Source of the DNA: a virus | IMG/VR virus record: IMGVR_UViG_3300044591_002613 | Direction: 5' to 3' (one strand) | Length of the DNA stretch: 64,000 nucleotides | Shown: in pieces, positions 59,336 to 64,000 of the stretch | Numbering within the stretch: position 1 is the stretch's first letter | Layout of the letters: each line of letters begins with the position of its first letter | Position numbers and translations under genes: made by a program | The notes under the pieces: model-generated | The model's database searches: none | Seen by the model: the letters and a program-made list of their open reading frames with translations, nothing else | What the model was told of the DNA's origin: nothing

Positions 59336-62300
59336 ATGCATATTGTATCAAGGGTCGGCATAGGTAAAATTCCACCATCATCACCTCTGTATTTAGATGT
59401 TGGCGGTGCCGTTAATTTTGATAATACGTTACGTGTAATTGGCCAAACAACTGTTAATTCTTTGATTTCGTCTCAACTATCAACTAATTCTTTAGTTTAT
59501 GAAAGCAGAATTGAAGGCGAACCTAATGTTTTGTTTTCAATAAACCGAGATGGATTTCTTCAATGGGGATTAGGCGGTGCTCTTACCCCCGATACTAACC
59601 TATACCGATCCGCTGTTAGCACATTGCGAACCAGTTCTTCTTTTATTATTGACGGCTCTTTGAGTGTTGGTGACTCAACTGCAGACACAGCAGCGTTTAC
59701 TGCAAGAATTGCTAGCAATTTTGATCCAGCTACTACAAATTTATACAGCTTGGGTCAAGATTTATTACGATGGCAGAATTTATGGTTAAGTGTTAAATTA
59801 ACATCGGTAGATGGATTATTTACCGGAGATTTGCAGGTAGATGGTAACACCATACTCGGCAGTGCAGATACAGACACACTTGCAATTAACGCAAAAGTCT
59901 CTACATCTATTATTCCAGCTTCCGATAATTTAAATGATTTAGGTTCTAACTCGTTTAGATGGAAATCTTTGTGGCTCGGATCAAATTTAAAAGTTGATGG
60001 CAATGTTATTTTGGGAGATCTAAACTCAGACACCGTTGCGATCAACGGCAGGGTTTCAACTTCAATCGAACCTTCAGCAGATAATTTGCATAATTTAGGC
60101 AGCCTAGGACAACGCTGGTCTTCGTTGTGGCTTGGGACTGATCTTCAGGTAGACGGTAATTCTATATTAGGTAGTGCAAACACCGATACGGTTGCTATAA
60201 ATGCACAAATATCCACTTCATTAGTTCCATCTACTGATAATACAAACAATTTAGGCGATTTATCTAAGCGCTGGGCTTCTTTGTGGCTAGGCGCAGATCT
60301 TCAAGTAGACGGCGATACAATTCTTGGTGATTCGCCATCTGATACCGTTACAATAAACGCCGGCTTTGCCTCGCCTCTTAATCCGTCTGTAGATAACTTT
60401 TATGATCTAGGTACATTTGATTATAGATGGAAGCAAGTACACGTAGGGCCTGCTGGCCTTGTTGTTAGAAATGACAATACAGACACAGATAAAGTCTCTT
60501 TGTTTTTTAGTGCCGGAACAGCTACGCTGGGCAGTTCTAGTGCCGTAAATTTAAAAGTTACAACCGGTTTAAATAACGGAATTTTATTAGATACATCTGG
60601 AAACGTCGGAATTAATATTGCCTCCGGACCTCTATCAAAAGTTTTTAATGTAAACGGTACTTCAGATTTTTCCGACACGGCTTATTTTTCTAAGCCTTCC
60701 GGATATAGTCTTGAAGTACAATCTATTGCGGGAATAGCAGGTTCAATAGAATCTTCTAATTTAGAAAAACAATTAAATCTTGGCGTTGGCACCGAAACTG
60801 AGTTTATTAATCTTGGTACCGGATCTTTAACAAAAACGATCAACATTGGCACCGGCTCTGGTAAAACCACAATTAATATTGGCGGTGCTTCAGATATTAT
60901 CAATATTAATGGTACTGTAACAACAACACAAACTATACAATCTTTTGTTTCAGATAAAACTTTTTCTTTAAATGTTGGCGGCCTTAACGGAACTGCACAA
61001 AACAGCGGTCTTCTTGTAGAAGAAGCAAACAGTGTCCTATTAGATATTACCGATCCAACATGGCAGAGCGGAAATACAGTCAGATATTTTGCAATAGATA
61101 CTGGAAATATTGAAATTGGCTCAGTCGTTCTAGTTACTGGATTTTTCAATATTCAAAATAATGGTCAATTCGTTGTCACGAATGTTTCTGCAAATAGTTA
61201 TTTTGAAATTGAAAACGCAAATATTACCGATAGCAGTTTTGACGAAATTGCTTCTGGTCAATGCACTAATCCAATTGTGTCGGCAAAAATTTTGTTGTCA
61301 TCCGATAGATCGGGTTGGGAATTTTATTCTCCGGCAAATATTTCTAATTATTTTAAATTAAGCAATTCAGGAGCAAACGCGGAACTAAAATCTACTATAG
61401 ATGGATTAGTAGTAGTTTCAAATGCTCTTTTGCCAGATGTCGCAAACACTCCGATTGGATCGGCGGCAAAACAATGGGACGCGCATTTATACGATTTAAC
61501 AGTTTATAATGACTGCATTATTGGTAATGCATTAACAGATACATTGAATATTAATTCACTAACTTATTTTAACAATAACATCGACTCAAACGTTATTCCA
61601 GAAATTCATGAAAATTATAATCTAGGAACACCTTTTAACTCTTGGCAATCATTATATGTAAAGAATATTTATTCTAGCTTTTTAAGTCAGCTAAAAGGTT
61701 CAATCTATCTTGGTACAACTGCATCTGATGTTATTTATGCAAACGGTTGGTTTTCAACAAGTTTAATTGCTGTCGATAGTACATATGATATTGGTTCTTT
61801 AGCTACTCCATGGAATAATGTTTTTGCAAATAAATTATTTTTGCAAAACTATACGCCTGGATCTATCACATTCATTAACGATGCATTTGAAATTGCAGAA
61901 GCAAATAGTAAGTTATTCTGGGACATCGCCAACGAAAGATTGTATCTTGGCCAAAATACTGGTTCGTATATCTTAGATATAGCAAAAGCTGGCGCAGATT
62001 CAATCAGATTAAGAAATACAACGGATTCTCAAGCAATTGCATTAAATGCAAACTCCGCATCTACAAAGTTAGAGTTTACTTCTTCTTTGCAATTCGGCGC
62101 AAATACTTATGCAAACGTTGGTAACGGTGGGTCAACAGCAGTACTAGAACTTACCTCCTCACAAGTAAAACTTTTAGGGGCAGTTTCGGTCAACTCTGTA
62201 TCAGTGGGTACTGCTACGTATACAGTGCAATCTACAGACGTAATTATTAATGTTGACACTATGTCTTCTGGTTGTGCAATCACTTTACCTTCTGCAGTAA

Positions 62301-62488
62301 CAAAGCGTTTACTGGTGATTAAAGACATTGGAAATAATGCATCAATGACAGGAAGGTCAATACAGTTATCTCCAGCATCTAACGAATATGTAGAGTTTAA
62401 TGCGATTAATACGGCGTATGTTTTAGATAGAGATGGAGAATCTGTAACGCTACAAAGCGACGGTGTAAATCGCTGGTATATTATTTAA
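59336..62488 (+). CDS. Long tail fibre with 52-aa repeats
   Basis: Repeated DLG...RW modules, a GNVGI motif and a C-terminal ITLPSA...IKD...GESVTLQSDG..W domain. Confidence 0.75.
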   Translation: MHIVSRVGIGKIPPSSPLYLDVGGAVNFDNTLRVIGQTTVNSLISSQLSTNSLVYESRIEGEPNVLFSINRDGFLQWGLGGALTPDTNLYRSAVSTLRTSSSFIIDGSLSVGDSTADTAAFTARIASNFDPATTNLYSLGQDLLRWQNLWLSVKLTSVDGLFTGDLQVDGNTILGSADTDTLAINAKVSTSIIPASDNLNDLGSNSFRWKSLWLGSNLKVDGNVILGDLNSDTVAINGRVSTSIEPSADNLHNLGSLGQRWSSLWLGTDLQVDGNSILGSANTDTVAINAQISTSLVPSTDNTNNLGDLSKRWASLWLGADLQVDGDTILGDSPSDTVTINAGFASPLNPSVDNFYDLGTFDYRWKQVHVGPAGLVVRNDNTDTDKVSLFFSAGTATLGSSSAVNLKVTTGLNNGILLDTSGNVGINIASGPLSKVFNVNGTSDFSDTAYFSKPSGYSLEVQSIAGIAGSIESSNLEKQLNLGVGTETEFINLGTGSLTKTINIGTGSGKTTINIGGASDIININGTVTTTQTIQSFVSDKTFSLNVGGLNGTAQNSGLLVEEANSVLLDITDPTWQSGNTVRYFAIDTGNIEIGSVVLVTGFFNIQNNGQFVVTNVSANSYFEIENANITDSSFDEIASGQCTNPIVSAKILLSSDRSGWEFYSPANISNYFKLSNSGANAELKSTIDGLVVVSNALLPDVANTPIGSAAKQWDAHLYDLTVYNDCIIGNALTDTLNINSLTYFNNNIDSNVIPEIHENYNLGTPFNSWQSLYVKNIYSSFLSQLKGSIYLGTTASDVIYANGWFSTSLIAVDSTYDIGSLATPWNNVFANKLFLQNYTPGSITFINDAFEIAEANSKLFWDIANERLYLGQNTGSYILDIAKAGADSIRLRNTTDSQAIALNANSASTKLEFTSSLQFGANTYANVGNGGSTAVLELTSSQVKLLGAVSVNSVSVGTATYTVQSTDVIINVDTMSSGCAITLPSAVTKRLLVIKDIGNNASMTGRSIQLSPASNEYVEFNAINTAYVLDRDGESVTLQSDGVNRWYII
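59831..60454 (+). repeat. Four tandem 156-bp (52-aa) coding repeats
   Basis: L(Q/K)VDG units start at 59831, 59987, 60143 and 60299. Confidence 0.85.
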
Positions 62489-62503
62489 TCGGAGATAAAT
62501 AAA

Positions 62504-62881
62504 ATGGCATATTCAGGAACAGAACGCGGAAAGAAAAAAGCACTGGCTTCGGTCCGTCTTGTGCATCAAGGCGCGGGAGCAGCACAGCTTTATAAAGATT
62601 TAGATTTACCGTCGTCAGTCACTATTAGTACATCGACGTGGCTAGAGCTGTTTAACTCTTCGGCGGCAAAAGTCACTATGGTTGAAATTTTTAGCTCTAG
62701 CGGTGAAGTAGAAATTCTTGCTACTGGTGATTCTGGTTTAGAAACGGTTTTATTTAGAATCATTCCAGGTGGCGGTGGATATGGTCTTATTCAAATAGAT
62801 GCAGCCACTCGTATTTGCTATCGCCCAGAATCTGTTGTTCCCGGTGCTAACAGCGAATTAATTATCAACTTTTTCAACTAA
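62504..62881 (+). CDS. Hypothetical virion-associated protein
   Basis: 125-aa beta-rich ORF with SD GGAG, in the tail operon. Confidence 0.55.
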   Translation: MAYSGTERGKKKALASVRLVHQGAGAAQLYKDLDLPSSVTISTSTWLELFNSSAAKVTMVEIFSSSGEVEILATGDSGLETVLFRIIPGGGGYGLIQIDAATRICYRPESVVPGANSELIINFFN

Positions 62882-63008
62882 AAAATATCTAAGATATATC
62901 GTGTTACAATTTAATTGCGGTCACTGGCAAAAGCCACATACAGATTTTCTGGCCAGCAATTAGTGCTTTAGCGTAATTCCTAGCCAGAAATTAACAAAGG
63001 TATTACGT

Positions 63009-64000
63009 ATGAGCAGCGCTATTATATTTAATGGCGATTATCTAAAAGCCCTCAAACCTAAACTGAAACTCAGTGATGCTGCGTATATAGAAACTGGATC
63101 TGCAGATCCTACCACTTTATCATTATCATCGCCAACCGGCTCGCTTTATCTTAGATCAAACGGCGCTCTTTATATTAAATATGCCGCTGCGGCTTCAGCA
63201 TGGGCTCCTGCATTAACTACCGGTACTGGTGGCACTTTAACTAGCACGTCTTTGCAAGACAGTACGGTTTATTTTGTTGATGAAATAGACCCTACTAAAA
63301 AATTGTATTTTCAACTGTCTGGTATTAGCAATAACACATCAATAACTTTAACAATTCCAAACACTAGTGGAACTATTCCATTAGGAACAAGCACAAACGG
63401 ATATGTTACATACTGGAGTGCTACCAACACATTGACCGGCGAGGCGCAACTCGCCTCCACAAGAGGTGGTACCGGTGTTAATAACACAGGTACGCTTACT
63501 TATGGCTCTAATAATATTACATTTACTACATCTGGAGTAACAGCCCTTACTCTGCCAGCCGTAGGAACAGTAGCTACTCTTGCCGGCATCGAAAACTTTG
63601 ATAATAAAACAATTAATTCTTCGTCGATTGGTTCTACAACAGCAAGCTCTGGCGCTTTTACCTATTTAACAGTAAAAGGTACCGGTTCTGCCGGAACTGC
63701 ATATGTTGATTTATTAAACGAATCATCTGCTCCAACTTCTCCAACCGTTGGATATACAAGGTTTTATACCACCGCTGATGTTTTAAATTTAAAAAACGCT
63801 GCTAACGAAGTATTTGCAATTGATTATTCTGGAATAACAGCATCGAGAACGTTAACAGCTCCAAATATATCCTCAACAATTGCCACTTTAGATGGAAACC
63901 AAACCTTTACAGGCGTGCTTTCATTAAGCACAGCAAATGCTGTAAGCCTAGCAATTACCGGTGGACTTAAAGTTGGTAATGTGACGTCTACGGCTGCTAC
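63009..64000 (+). CDS. Tail fibre-like protein, truncated by the window end (not in the ORF track)
   Basis: Frame open from ATG 63009: MSSAIIFNGDYLKALKPKL...GSLYLRSNG...DPTKKLYFQLSGI...LTIPNTSGT...RGGTG. T/S/G-rich. Confidence 0.7.
   Translation, partial: MSSAIIFNGDYLKALKPKLKLSDAAYIETGSADPTTLSLSSPTGSLYLRSNGALYIKYAAAASAWAPALTTGTGGTLTSTSLQDSTVYFVDEIDPTKKLYFQLSGISNNTSITLTIPNTSGTIPLGTSTNGYVTYWSATNTLTGEAQLASTRGGTGVNNTGTLTYGSNNITFTTSGVTALTLPAVGTVATLAGIENFDNKTINSSSIGSTTASSGAFTYLTVKGTGSAGTAYVDLLNESSAPTSPTVGYTRFYTTADVLNLKNAANEVFAIDYSGITASRTLTAPNISSTIATLDGNQTFTGVLSLSTANAVSLAITGGLKVGNVTSTAA

Noticed and set aside
59831-60454. Regularly spaced repeats as a CRISPR array or DGR template
   Set aside because: They are in-frame, diverged protein-coding repeats with no constant repeat/spacer structure, and no reverse transcriptase is present in the window.
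62915-62990. Resemblance to a c-di-GMP-I riboswitch (GGTCAC..GGCAAA)
   Set aside because: The GNRA tetraloop/receptor and conserved P2 architecture are not recognisable; kept only as a generic structured leader.
1-64000. Stop-codon reassignment
   Set aside because: Conserved genes are full length in the standard code, and TAA, TAG and TGA all end genes.

Overview
This 64 kb window is a densely coding, AT-rich segment of a large lytic myovirus genome, read in the standard genetic code. No tRNA, rRNA, CRISPR array, integrase, intron or intein could be recognised by eye. Head genes: a Twort/SPO1 (Herelleviridae)-type major capsid protein, an acidic scaffold-like protein and several putative internal head proteins sharing a K-[S/A] motif, all scattered among the replication genes. 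Tail genes: a contractile-tail baseplate and fibre block from 42.8 kb to the window end. Replication and recombination: DnaB helicase, TOPRIM primase, an AEP-like protein, SbcD/SbcC, gp32-like SSB, UvsY-like, RecA/UvsX and a DEDDh exonuclease. Nucleotide metabolism: NrdAB, IMPDH/GMP reductase and a dCMP deaminase-like gene. Also present are a GroEL-like chaperonin and a holin / M15 endolysin / spanin-like cassette. Two systems stand out. (1) The DnaE-type DNA polymerase is split, without an intein, into a 979-aa PHP+catalytic gene (39211-42150, minus) and a separate helical+OB-fold gene about 12.6 kb away on the opposite strand (25804-26607, plus). (2) A thymidine-hypermodification-like cluster (30.8-35.9 kb) combines a flavin oxidoreductase, amino acid:DNA transferase, P-loop kinase and deaminase with a facing amidoligase / LMW-phosphatase operon, and may make an uncharacterised modified base. 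All calls come from motif recognition by eye; no database searches were run.
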